From a virus, in IMG/VR virus record IMGVR_UViG_3300006188_000005, positions 1-40,415 of that record: a DNA stretch of 40,415 nucleotides; one strand, 5' to 3'. This document shows, piece after piece, positions 8,801-16,370 of the stretch. How positions within the stretch are numbered: position 1 is the first letter of the stretch; the number at the start of each line of letters is the position of its first letter. Below the pieces are notes generated by a model. That model was not told where the DNA came from, ran no database searches, and was given only the letters and a program-made list of their open reading frames with translations. The position numbers and the translations under genes are program-made.

Positions 8801-9354
8801 GTGTAGTCGCCCTGCGCGTCGGTGAAGGTGCGGGTCTCGGTTTTGACGTCGGCGATGCGCACGTACTGCTGCGCGGTGACGGTGGCGCCGGATTCCACGC
8901 TGAGCACCAGCACATCGCCCACTTCCGGCACCAGATCCTCCACGCGGCCCAGCAGGCTGATGGCCTTGGCGCCCTGCGGCTGGTTGCCGAACACGTAGTA
9001 GGACGACAGCGGGCCCACGGTGAGGTAGGACTCGATGCGATCCTGCGCGTTGCTGCGCACGTCACTGGGGCTGTTCGTGGTGAACATGGTCACCGCCACC
9101 TTGTCGTCACTGGGCGGGTCGGTGAGGATCACGTGCGCGCCGAGGTAGGTATCGGTGTTCTGGCTGCGCACGCTCATGTAGGCCTTGCGCAGCGCCAGGC
9201 GGCCGTAGGTGCGGTCGAGGCGGCTGATGTCGGGGAACAGGTTGTTGACCTGGCCGTCGACGATGACGTTGCCGGTCATCTTGCCGCCGCCGTCGGCGGT
9301 GTCGGTGAGGCGCTCGGAGGCGAGCAGCTGGATGTCGGTGACCTGGATCGTCAT
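5812..9354 (-). CDS. Large central tail / host-specificity-type structural protein (1180 aa)
   Basis: The long ORF sits directly downstream of the tape measure and a small tail protein. It has ATGA coupling at both ends and G/T/S/V-rich beta-type composition. Confidence 0.75.
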   Translation of the reverse strand: MTIQVTDIQLLASERLTDTADGGGKMTGNVIVDGQVNNLFPDISRLDRTYGRLALRKAYMSVRSQNTDTYLGAHVILTDPPSDDKVAVTMFTTNSPSDVRSNAQDRIESYLTVGPLSSYYVFGNQPQGAKAISLLGRVEDLVPEVGDVLVLSVESGATVTAQQYVRIADVKTETRTFTDAQGDYTRKVLTLSLTSALRQMYQGAEASRLSGVAPPTRVRSVTVADASSYFGVSRLSAPAAQAALSITIDSITAQLVPSTTREVAVASATPGLSLSYIAAAVAKALTTGASPRYQLRGVYPGSLQAAIPGGTAKDDGAGNMVLDTANVGTVDYESGRLSGQTINGGTYIPAATCSAASKSIAVDITLASQGTVYVQTLPTRPAPGSLIVSFRYLGKWYTLTDAARDGTVRGDSVAAGGGTVDYTSGDVTLTLGAVPDVGSKLIYSWGDPTSFAQHAGDITVNTPSVLFQTAHWPIKPGSLSLQWVSGGVTKNASVAANGTISGDGTGTAVYLDGTIALQPAAAAYPDSNAKITATYTQADGVRSAVIGAYAGGTLTFDLPAAALPLKPGGLSGQVAGFFGTQSSTMYWKDDGAGNIVTATELAPKTRSLQYPNSQVPDLFLPIISVNAGTVDYATGHVTIQPGSVASRNFYITSARNAYAYGNWQLNQGLGNFVPSPLVQFSATRSSATETPQIDAIDYPGVRFMLTQTVVDAILPGSVWFTWGGKTYIDRNGLLFRDMDAASGSATQAGTINYATGEAILTNYGTSTGGPVALQSLVTQYGTMPTSYVVFRTPGAPLRPASFFVQAVRADTGESISATSNASGVISGAFVGGTVNNDMGWAEVKFGSYVVAAGNETQPWYDPNNVVGSNVWKPILVDPGTIRFNCVVQTTLPLDANLLGIDPVRLPLTGRVPIFRDGNVVVIHDDRTVNLPAGFKAGDTFTITDAPLSQCALSDAAGTAVAIGMYTVDMDTGLITATATYSAAGLVAPIGAHYTVEDMLLASSVELSGGITLGAPLSRDYPQGAKVSSALLFGDLQAQNPVFFSQQTWQGVWSDSLSGSGTTAQYNRTTYPLQIVNANAVTERWALIFTSTNVGNIVGESLGQIGAFNIGTDAAPINPLTGQPYFTLKAGGWGAGWGVNNVLRFNTIGPNAPLWIARTVLPGAQTLTDDNFRLQMRGDVQ

Positions 9355-9357
9355 GGC

Positions 9358-9756
9358 TTAGACCGTCTTCAAGCGGATGATGGGGATGTACTGCAGGGCG
9401 TCGCGCGCGGCGGCGTCCGGCGTGGCCCGGTGCAGCACGGGCGTCGCCTCGATGGGCGTGTCTTCCACGCGGAAACGCACGGTGAACGTGCGGCCGTCCA
9501 GCAGGGTGAGCGTGTAGGTGGCGCCGGGCGCCGCGGCCAGCGCCAGCAGCGCCTGCACGGTGGCGTAGTTCACCCAGGCGAAGTCGGTGCCGCCCTGCAG
9601 CGTGATGGGCCGCGCCGCCTGGATGGGCGCCGTCTGCACGATCTCGGCGCCGGACAGGCTGAGCTTGGCGCTGGCGCCCAGCGGCACCCAGGTGAGTTCG
9701 TCCGCCCATTGCAGGTCGGGCGGCAAGGTGACAGTGCCCAGCGTGATGTCGGCCAT
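9358..9756 (-). CDS. Minor tail protein (distal tail-like, 132 aa)
   Basis: MADITLGTVTLPPDLQWADELTWVPLG... Its ATG at 9756 overlaps the tape-measure stop (ATGA). The position is typical of distal tail proteins. Confidence 0.65.
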   Translation of the reverse strand: MADITLGTVTLPPDLQWADELTWVPLGASAKLSLSGAEIVQTAPIQAARPITLQGGTDFAWVNYATVQALLALAAAPGATYTLTLLDGRTFTVRFRVEDTPIEATPVLHRATPDAAARDALQYIPIIRLKTV

Positions 9757-12700
9757 CAGCGGTTGCTCCGGCTGCGGGCGATGCTGATCTGCCGTACCAC
9801 TTCGTTCGCCACTTTCTGCACGTCGGTACCGCTGAGCTGGGCGGGCACGGCGCCGCTGGTCTGGCTGGCGGCTACGGTAAGGTCGATGGCAATGCGTTCC
9901 GGCTTGGCAGCCGGCGCGGCCGCGGCAGGCTGGCCCTTCTCGTCGAGGCCCATTTCCTTGCGCCACGCGGCGTTCTGCGCGTCGTACAGTTCCTTCGCCT
10001 TGCGCACGGCTTCGTCGTGCTTGGCCTTCGCCTCTTCGGCGGCACGTTTCTGGTTGTCTTCCAGCGTTTTCTGCGCCATCGCCATGTTGCGCAGGGCATC
10101 ATCATTGAGGTAGCGGTACTGCGTGCGCAGCTTCGCCACGCGCTGGGTCATCTCGTCGTAGGCGGCGTTTTGCTTTTCGATCACGCCGAGCTGTTCGGTG
10201 TACTCGTCTTTCTGGTGCTGCCAGTCGGCGAAGACCTTGTTCCACTGGTCGGCCCACAGACGCGGCGAGCTGGCCAGGGCGTTGAGGTTGGAGAGCTGGC
10301 GCAGCATGGCGTCGCTGAGGCCGTTGAGGGCGACGCGGGTGTTGTTGATGATGTCGTGCCACTTTGGCTTGCCGTCGCTGTCCATGCCGGAGCTTCCGAG
10401 CTTCTCGCCGGCAGCCGCCGCCTTTTGCGTGGATGCGGCCAGGCGGTCCATGGCATCCGCGCCTTCGTGCGCGCCCTTGGCCACGTTGGCGCCGGCATCG
10501 ATGCCGGATAGGCCCATCTTGTCGATGCTGTCGGTGACGTTGAGCGTGGTCGCCTGCACTTCCAGCGCGCTGCGCACCTGCGCCTGTTTCCATGGCTCCG
10601 CGTTGGCCACGGTTTCCATCTGCACGCGGGCGTAGGCCTGGAAGGCCGCGCGCACATCGTTGATGCTGGCTTGCCCGCTGCGGGCACCCTGCACGATGGC
10701 GTTGAAGCTATTGCGTGCGCTGTCGGCAGCGTCGTCCAGCATGCGCTGCGACTTGATGCCGAGCTTGGCGAAGCTGTCGCCCAGCGGATCGGCGGCAGTC
10801 TTGAGCGCGCGCAGGCGCGACTCCAGCGCCCCGGCGGCGCGATTGGCCGCATCCAACCCCACCTCACCCTTCGCAGCGGCAGCCTGCATCGCGTCGCCGA
10901 TAGCAGTGGCATCGGCGGCGGTATGCGTGTTCGCCAGCGCCTTGTTGAACGCCGCCTCGATGGTGGCGGCGCTGGCGTTGGCATTCTCTGCTACCGCGCG
11001 GAACAGCTCCGCATTCTGCTGGCCGGCTTCGGTGGCGCTTGCGCCCCACTGCTCCACCGCCACGCCGAGCCGGCCGAGGGCGGTTTGCAGGTAGTCGTCC
11101 ATCTGCGCAGCGGCTTGCCTGGCATCGGTACCGGCGGCGACGAAGGCGAGGTTTGCCGCTGTCTGGAACGCATGCAGATCCTCGCCACTGAGCGCGGCCA
11201 GGTGCTGGCGGAAGGATTCGCGGATGTCGCGTGCGGAGCGGTCGCCGTCCTTGGTGAGGTCGGCGAAGGCCAACGCGATGTCGCCGAGCTGCCGCGGCGT
11301 GCGGTGGGCGATGTCCGCGAACTGCTCGTCGATCTTGGTCTTGAGTTCGGCGGCGTTGTTGCGCGCCGCGCGCACGGCCTCGGCGATCTGTTGCGCCATG
11401 GCGGTGAGGCCGGCACCTGCGGCACGGGCGGCGAGCGCAGTGCCCCGCTGGAAGTCCTCGGCAGCTGCCTGCGCAGTCTCGAAGGTCTTTTGCAGCGCGG
11501 CGACGGCGCGGCGTTCCTCGGCGGTGGCGTTGCTGTCGGCGGCGACACGCAGCTGGGCCTCTTTCCACACCGCGCGGGAGTATTCGGTGTAGCCGGCGAG
11601 GCGGTCCTTGTACGCCGCACGCTCGGCCGCAGTCATCTGCGCGACCTGTTCGGCGGTCTGCGTCTGCACGTCCTGGAAATCGGCCAGCGCGGCGGCGCGG
11701 CGGTCCCACTGGGCGGATAGATCGCCCATGACGGCGATGTGTTCCTGTTCCGCCTTGGTCGCCTGCGCCATCGCCTTGCTGTGCCGCACGGCATAATCGA
11801 CGATGGCATCGGCGGCGAGATTGGCCGCCACGGCAAAGGCGCCGAGGCCGGTCACGATCAGGCCCAGCGGCGACAACCCAAGCGCCAGCACGCCGCGGAA
11901 CAAGGTCATGCCGCGGCTGAGTCCGGCAACGGCTTCGGTGCCAGCGATCGCGCTGCGGCCCACGCTCCACAGCTTTCCGGCGAAACCGCCCAGTTCCACC
12001 AGGATGCGACCGATGCGGAAGGCCGCGTAGACCTCGACCAGTTTCTTGATCTGGCCCGCATGTTCGGCGAGGAACAAGCCTGCTTGCTTGACCTTTTCCG
12101 CGATACCGGTGATGGCATTGCTGATGCGCTGCGCGTACTGGTCGAGTCGGCCATCGGCGGCGAGCTGGGCGATCCAGTCATTCAGTGACCGCAACTGGTC
12201 GCGGAAGTAGTCCATGACGCCCTTGCGGGCGATGCGGTCGCGGAAGTCGTCGATGTTCTCCGTGAAGACCGTCCACTGCGCCGAAAGCTGCTCCAGTTCC
12301 TTCGCCGCGCCGCCCGCGCCGGCCTTGCCCATCTGCTTGATGAGCTGCGCCACGGCGTCCGCGCCGAGCAGGCCTTGCTGGGCGAGGTTCTGGATTTCGT
12401 CGGCGGTCTTGCCGCTGGCGGCGGCCAACATGTCGAACACGGGCACGCCGGCATCGGTGAGCGCGATCAGGCCGCGCATGTCGATCTGGCCTTTGGTGGC
12501 GGCCTTGGTCAACGCGTCGGTGATGGCCTGCAACTGTTCGGCGTTGCCGCCCATCTTGGCGTTGTAGTCCACCAGGGACTGCAGCGCGCCGCCCATCGGG
12601 TCGATGCCGAACTTCTTGAGCCGCACGAAGGCGGCCATGGTTTCGTCCAGCTTGAGCGGCGTGCCGGTGGTGAACTGCTTGAGCCACTCGAACGCTTCCT

Positions 12701-13547
12701 TGCCCTTGTCGGCGGTGCCGTACAGGCCGGAAAGCTGCTGCTCCATCTTCTCGAAGGCGCTGCCGGTGGCGAAGATGGATTTGACGCCTTCCTTGAGCGC
12801 CTCGAACGAGAAGAACGCGGCGATGGCCGCCAGCGGCTCGCGGAAGCGCTCCAGGATGCCGCGCGTCTGCTCCATCGCCTCGCCGGTTTCGCGTGCGCCC
12901 TGGGCGCCGGCATGGCCAGCCTCCTTGAGGTGTTCGCGCAGACGCTCGACGGCGGCGTCGTATTGCGCGGTTTCAGCGCGCTTCTTGCCGGCCTCGGCGG
13001 CCAGCTCGGCCTGCAGCTGCTGCTCGGCGGCGCGCTGGGCCTTGAGCTTGCCCACCATGTCGCGCAGCTCGGCGCTGGCCTGGGCGGTGCGGGCGGCCAC
13101 GTCCTTTTGCGCGGCGCCCACGCTGCGCAGGCTGATGCCCTGCCCTTCCAGCCCGGCTTTGAGGGTGCGCAACTGCGCCACTTCTTTCTGCTGCTCAGCC
13201 ACCAGCGCGCTGACGCTGGCGCGGGCCTTGTCCAGCTCGCGCTGCTGGGCCTTGGTGGGGTTGTCGGCCTGCTTGACGGCCTCGGCCAGCTCCACCACGC
13301 GGGCCTTGGCCGCAGTGATCTGGCGCTGGTAGTCCAGCACGGACAGGCCGATGTCGCGGTACTGCTGCACCGCACGTTCGGTCTTGTCGGAGCTGGCGAG
13401 CGTGTCGAGCAACGCGGCGGCGTGCGTGCGCGTTTCCTCGGACACGTCGCCCATGTTGGCAAGCATGCCGGCGGCTTGCTTGATGCCTTCGGTGCCCGCC
13501 GTCTCGAAGGCAAGGCGGATGACTTCCTCGAACTTGGCGTCAGCCAT
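9756..13547 (-). CDS. Tail tape measure protein (1263 aa)
   Basis: Very long alpha-helical A/Q/E/K-rich protein. An internal segment (GSAFEKMEQQLSGLYGTADKGKEAFEWLKQFTTGTPLKLDETM...GLIALTDAGVPVFDML) resembles the conserved tape-measure domain. Confidence 0.9.
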   Translation of the reverse strand: MADAKFEEVIRLAFETAGTEGIKQAAGMLANMGDVSEETRTHAAALLDTLASSDKTERAVQQYRDIGLSVLDYQRQITAAKARVVELAEAVKQADNPTKAQQRELDKARASVSALVAEQQKEVAQLRTLKAGLEGQGISLRSVGAAQKDVAARTAQASAELRDMVGKLKAQRAAEQQLQAELAAEAGKKRAETAQYDAAVERLREHLKEAGHAGAQGARETGEAMEQTRGILERFREPLAAIAAFFSFEALKEGVKSIFATGSAFEKMEQQLSGLYGTADKGKEAFEWLKQFTTGTPLKLDETMAAFVRLKKFGIDPMGGALQSLVDYNAKMGGNAEQLQAITDALTKAATKGQIDMRGLIALTDAGVPVFDMLAAASGKTADEIQNLAQQGLLGADAVAQLIKQMGKAGAGGAAKELEQLSAQWTVFTENIDDFRDRIARKGVMDYFRDQLRSLNDWIAQLAADGRLDQYAQRISNAITGIAEKVKQAGLFLAEHAGQIKKLVEVYAAFRIGRILVELGGFAGKLWSVGRSAIAGTEAVAGLSRGMTLFRGVLALGLSPLGLIVTGLGAFAVAANLAADAIVDYAVRHSKAMAQATKAEQEHIAVMGDLSAQWDRRAAALADFQDVQTQTAEQVAQMTAAERAAYKDRLAGYTEYSRAVWKEAQLRVAADSNATAEERRAVAALQKTFETAQAAAEDFQRGTALAARAAGAGLTAMAQQIAEAVRAARNNAAELKTKIDEQFADIAHRTPRQLGDIALAFADLTKDGDRSARDIRESFRQHLAALSGEDLHAFQTAANLAFVAAGTDARQAAAQMDDYLQTALGRLGVAVEQWGASATEAGQQNAELFRAVAENANASAATIEAAFNKALANTHTAADATAIGDAMQAAAAKGEVGLDAANRAAGALESRLRALKTAADPLGDSFAKLGIKSQRMLDDAADSARNSFNAIVQGARSGQASINDVRAAFQAYARVQMETVANAEPWKQAQVRSALEVQATTLNVTDSIDKMGLSGIDAGANVAKGAHEGADAMDRLAASTQKAAAAGEKLGSSGMDSDGKPKWHDIINNTRVALNGLSDAMLRQLSNLNALASSPRLWADQWNKVFADWQHQKDEYTEQLGVIEKQNAAYDEMTQRVAKLRTQYRYLNDDALRNMAMAQKTLEDNQKRAAEEAKAKHDEAVRKAKELYDAQNAAWRKEMGLDEKGQPAAAAPAAKPERIAIDLTVAASQTSGAVPAQLSGTDVQKVANEVVRQISIARSRSNR

Positions 13548-13622
13548 GTCGAGGGCCTCGCGCGGAGGCGGCAGGTGCGGTGCGGAGGATGACGGCCATG
13601 CTACGCAGCATGGCGATCAGGG

Positions 13623-13651
13623 TGTGCCAGCTTTACCGGATCGGTGGCACA
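13623..13651 (-). repeat. Conserved intergenic hairpin, copy B
   Basis: TGTGCCAG-CTTTACCGGATCG-GTGGCACA lies in the gap between the stop at 13653 and the tape-measure start at 13547. It has one arm mismatch relative to the other copies. Confidence 0.7.
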
Positions 13652-13652
13652 G

Positions 13653-14321
13653 TCACCCGCTGCGCAGCGCCACCGCGATCTGCCGCGACAACTCGCTCAC
13701 GTAGTAGGACTCCAGCTCGCTGATGACGGCCTTGCGGATCTTGGCGGGGGCGTCGTTGCCGCCCGCGCCGGGCATCAGCATGTCGTAGGCGCTGGGGCCG
13801 TAGAGGCGTCGCACGGGACCGCGGCCGACGCGCTTGCCGTCGGGGCCGCGGCTGCGCACGTAGATGCCGCGATGCACGGTGTCGGCCTTGACGGAAGCGC
13901 CGGAGACGCCGCGCCAGCCGATGCTGGCGATGAAGGCGCTGTCGTAGGTTTTGGGCTTGCCGAGCAGGATACTGGCGACGGCACCGGGGGTTTTCGGGCC
14001 ACCCCATCGGCCGGCGAAGGCGATCAGCGAGATACGACGGGTACTGGCCCACAACGCGACGAAATCGCCCTTGACGCGGCTGCCGGTGAGTACCTTGAAG
14101 CGGTTGTTGAGTTCGGACGGCTTGACGGTGTAGTAGTCGCGGATGGCGGCCTTGGTGACGGGCTGCAGTTTGCGCACCAGCCCGGCCTGGGCGCGCTGCG
14201 AGGCCGTGGAGAAACGCGACACGCGCTCGCCGACGCGCTTGGACAGGCCGTATAGGCTGTCGGCAGCCCGGCCGTTGACGTAGATTTTGAAGCTGGCATT
14301 TCGCAGCGCGCGCGTGGTCAT
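13653..14321 (-). CDS. Tail protein occupying the slot between tube and tape measure (gpZ-like / tail assembly, uncertain)
   Basis: Starting at the ATG at 14321 gives MTTRALRNASFKIYVNGRAADSLYG... (222 aa). The overall pattern resembles minor tail protein Z-type proteins from memory. The upstream part of the open frame covers hairpin copy C and is probably not coding. Confidence 0.6.
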   Translation of the reverse strand: MTTRALRNASFKIYVNGRAADSLYGLSKRVGERVSRFSTASQRAQAGLVRKLQPVTKAAIRDYYTVKPSELNNRFKVLTGSRVKGDFVALWASTRRISLIAFAGRWGGPKTPGAVASILLGKPKTYDSAFIASIGWRGVSGASVKADTVHRGIYVRSRGPDGKRVGRGPVRRLYGPSAYDMLMPGAGGNDAPAKIRKAVISELESYYVSELSRQIAVALRSG

Positions 14322-14340
14322 GGCGCAAGGATGGCCGGCG

Positions 14341-14375
14341 CGCTGTGCCACCCGTACCGGCTGGGTGGCACAGCG
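14341..14375 (-). repeat. Conserved intergenic hairpin, copy C (13-bp stem)
   Basis: CGCTGTGCCACCC-GTACCGGCT-GGGTGGCACAGCG is a perfect 13-bp inverted repeat. It lies between the tube gene stop (14413) and the next start (14321). Confidence 0.85.
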
Positions 14376-14412
14376 CCCGGCGGGCCGCCGCATTGCACGG
14401 CGGAGGGCGCAA

Positions 14413-15156
14413 TCAGTCGAGGAAGTCGACGGTGTACGGCGCCTGGCCGACCTGCGTGCGGATGGGACCCGTCATCTTGTTGACGGCGAAGTTGCCGCTC
14501 AAGAAGTCGACCGCCTCGCCCGGGGCCAGGGTGGCGTCCGGCACGTTGACGATGACGAACTTGCCGGTGGCGAGGTTTTTCATGCGGCCACGCACGCCCA
14601 CGCGCAGGCTGGCCTTGGTGGCCGGGTTGATGCGCTTGCCGGTGACGGCGACGGCGCTGAGCGTGACCTTGAGGTTGCCGGCCGTGATGGTGCCGCCGGG
14701 GATGATGTAGATCATCGCGCCTTCGGCATCCAGCGTGTAGTCGGTGCCCTCGACGTAACTGGTGGCATCGGTGGCATCCTTCACGCCTACGGCGGTGACG
14801 TGGTAGCCGGCCGGGGCCAGCGGGAACCACATGCCGGGGGTGACGGCGAGCGTGGACTCCTGCGCGGTGATGGCCGGCAGGTTGAGGGTGGCCACGTCGC
14901 CGCGGAAGGCCATGCCCACGGTGTCGGCGTCGATGTCGTCGACGCTGAGGGCCAGCGTGGGGCCGCCGGGGATGTTGACGGTGTCGAGGTTCTGGCCGAA
15001 GTCGTCGAGTTTCTTGGACTTGCGCACCTGCGATTCGACGGCGCCGGGGTTGAGGCCGAGTTCGACGGTGTTCTTCACGGGCAGGTAGCCCTGGAAGGTG
15101 CCGTCGTCCTTGAGCAACGCGATGTTGACGTTGCCGGAGCAAAGCAGACCGGACAT
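14413..15156 (-). CDS. Major tail tube protein
   Basis: 247 aa, beta-rich, with a strong AGGAG RBS. It is located after the connector genes and before the tape measure. No sheath gene is present, so a non-contractile tail is inferred. Confidence 0.7.
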   Translation of the reverse strand: MSGLLCSGNVNIALLKDDGTFQGYLPVKNTVELGLNPGAVESQVRKSKKLDDFGQNLDTVNIPGGPTLALSVDDIDADTVGMAFRGDVATLNLPAITAQESTLAVTPGMWFPLAPAGYHVTAVGVKDATDATSYVEGTDYTLDAEGAMIYIIPGGTITAGNLKVTLSAVAVTGKRINPATKASLRVGVRGRMKNLATGKFVIVNVPDATLAPGEAVDFLSGNFAVNKMTGPIRTQVGQAPYTVDFLD

Positions 15157-15166
15157 GGATGATCTC

Positions 15167-15613
15167 CTACGCGGGCTTGGAGGTGTAGTCGTAGCAGGTG
15201 GCCCGCAAGGTCACACTCACCACGATGTAGGGCACGCCATCGGGCTGGCGGGTGACGCTGCCGCCGGTGGCGTCGAGGGTTTTCAGGGTGTCGGGTGCGG
15301 TGTTGGGCCGCGTGGGGATGGCGCGCAGGATGTCCTCCAGCACGGCGACGGCGGTGGCTTCGGCGGTGGCCTGCTTGATGGGCACGCGGGCCTCGCACTG
15401 CAGGTCCAGATCCCAATCGCGGCGTTGGGGCGTACCCTTGTCCAGGTTGAGGCCGGACACGAACACGCCAGCGATGAGGATGGCGTCGTCGCCGTTGAGG
15501 CCCACGGTTTCGGTGACGATGTGCGCGCCGAGGTCGGTGGCGTAGCCGTTGGCGGTGCGGATGGTGCGCAGCCAGGTGGCGACCTGATCGACGATGGGTG
15601 CGATGCCGATCAT
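15167..15613 (-). CDS. Head-tail connector / tail completion protein (148 aa)
   Basis: Starting at the ATG at 15613 (ATGA overlap with the upstream stop) gives MIGIAPIVDQVATWLRTIRTANGYATDLG... The position and size fit tail terminator/completion proteins. Confidence 0.6.
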   Translation of the reverse strand: MIGIAPIVDQVATWLRTIRTANGYATDLGAHIVTETVGLNGDDAILIAGVFVSGLNLDKGTPQRRDWDLDLQCEARVPIKQATAEATAVAVLEDILRAIPTRPNTAPDTLKTLDATGGSVTRQPDGVPYIVVSVTLRATCYDYTSKPA

Positions 15614-15918
15614 GCGGCCTCCACCCACAGTTGCGCGGCCATGTCGTCGCTGCTGGCCATGCGAAGCACGATCCACGTGGAACCGGCGAAGGCGATCACG
15701 TCGCCACCTTCCGGCCGCGGCACGTCGGCGCAGAGCACCGACACCGCGGGTCGGTAGGCAACCACCTGGCCGAACTCGCCGACTTCCGCCGTGTGGCGAT
15801 CGAGCAGCGCGGTCAAGGCAATGGGGCCGCCGCCGGCCGCGGGCGTGTACGTGGCCGGCTCGCCGAGTACGGCGAGCAGCTCACGGTGCGCGCTGGCGAA
15901 GTCGGCGGCGGCGCCCAC
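15610..15918 (-). CDS. Head-tail adaptor-like protein (102 aa, GTG start)
   Basis: The ORF directly follows the DUF2190-like gene, with GTG at 15918 4 nt after the previous stop. Its stop overlaps the next start. Function is inferred from position only. Confidence 0.55.
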   Translation of the reverse strand: MGAAADFASAHRELLAVLGEPATYTPAAGGGPIALTALLDRHTAEVGEFGQVVAYRPAVSVLCADVPRPEGGDVIAFAGSTWIVLRMASSDDMAAQLWVEAA

Positions 15919-15921
15919 GGC

Positions 15922-16284
15922 TTAGACCTTGCTGCCCATGCCGGCGTCGATCAGCACGCGGGCGGCGGTGTCGCTGCTGGCCGCATCCTGCTCGACCACG
16001 ATGCCGCAGCCGAACACGTCGCCGGTGACGCCCGCGCCGACGATGACGGCCTTGTCGGCCACCGACCAGGTGACCTTGCTGCCGATGGGCATGGCGGTGC
16101 CGGACTTCTTGGGCAGCAGGAACACGCCGTCGCCGAGGATGGAGCCGGTGGCGCCTACCGGGATGTTGACCGCGGCGATGGCGATGAAGGCGCCGGCCAC
16201 CACGATGTCGTTGACGGCGATGGCGGCGCCGCTGTTGTTGGTGTAGTCGAGCGCATCGCCCGGCTTGAGGTAACGCGTGGTCAT
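15922..16284 (-). CDS. DUF2190-like head decoration/cement-type protein (120 aa)
   Basis: MTTRYLKPGDALDYTNNSGAAIAVNDIVVAGAFIAIAAVNIPVGATGSILGDGVFLLPK... matches my memory of the DUF2190 family, which commonly sits next to major capsid genes. Confidence 0.7.
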   Translation of the reverse strand: MTTRYLKPGDALDYTNNSGAAIAVNDIVVAGAFIAIAAVNIPVGATGSILGDGVFLLPKKSGTAMPIGSKVTWSVADKAVIVGAGVTGDVFGCGIVVEQDAASSDTAARVLIDAGMGSKV

Positions 16285-16336
16285 GGTGTGTCTCCGAAGC
16301 GGAAGGGGGCGAAGTGCGTAGCGGACTGCGATGGTG

Positions 16337-16361
16337 GGCGGCGCGGGCTGGCCGCGCCGCC
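16337..16361 (-). terminator. GC-rich 10-bp stem-loop just downstream of the capsid ORF (possible attenuator/RNA stabiliser)
   Basis: GGCGGCGCGG-GCTGG-CCGCGCCGCC lies 10 nt after the capsid stop (16371). No U-run follows on the transcribed strand, so it is not a canonical intrinsic terminator. Confidence 0.4.
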
Positions 16362-16370
16362 GGGGTGCGC

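Noticed and set aside
5815-10113. 1432-aa plus-strand ORF, and many other long ORFs antisense to the tail, head and terminase genes (for example 12375-13592, 16314-18860, 18802-20211, 24134-25837).
   Set aside because: They are typical high-GC antisense artefacts. Their composition is Arg/Gly/Ala/His-rich and low-complexity, with no motifs and no RBS-linked starts. The opposite strand carries clearly recognisable phage proteins with coupled start/stop overlaps.
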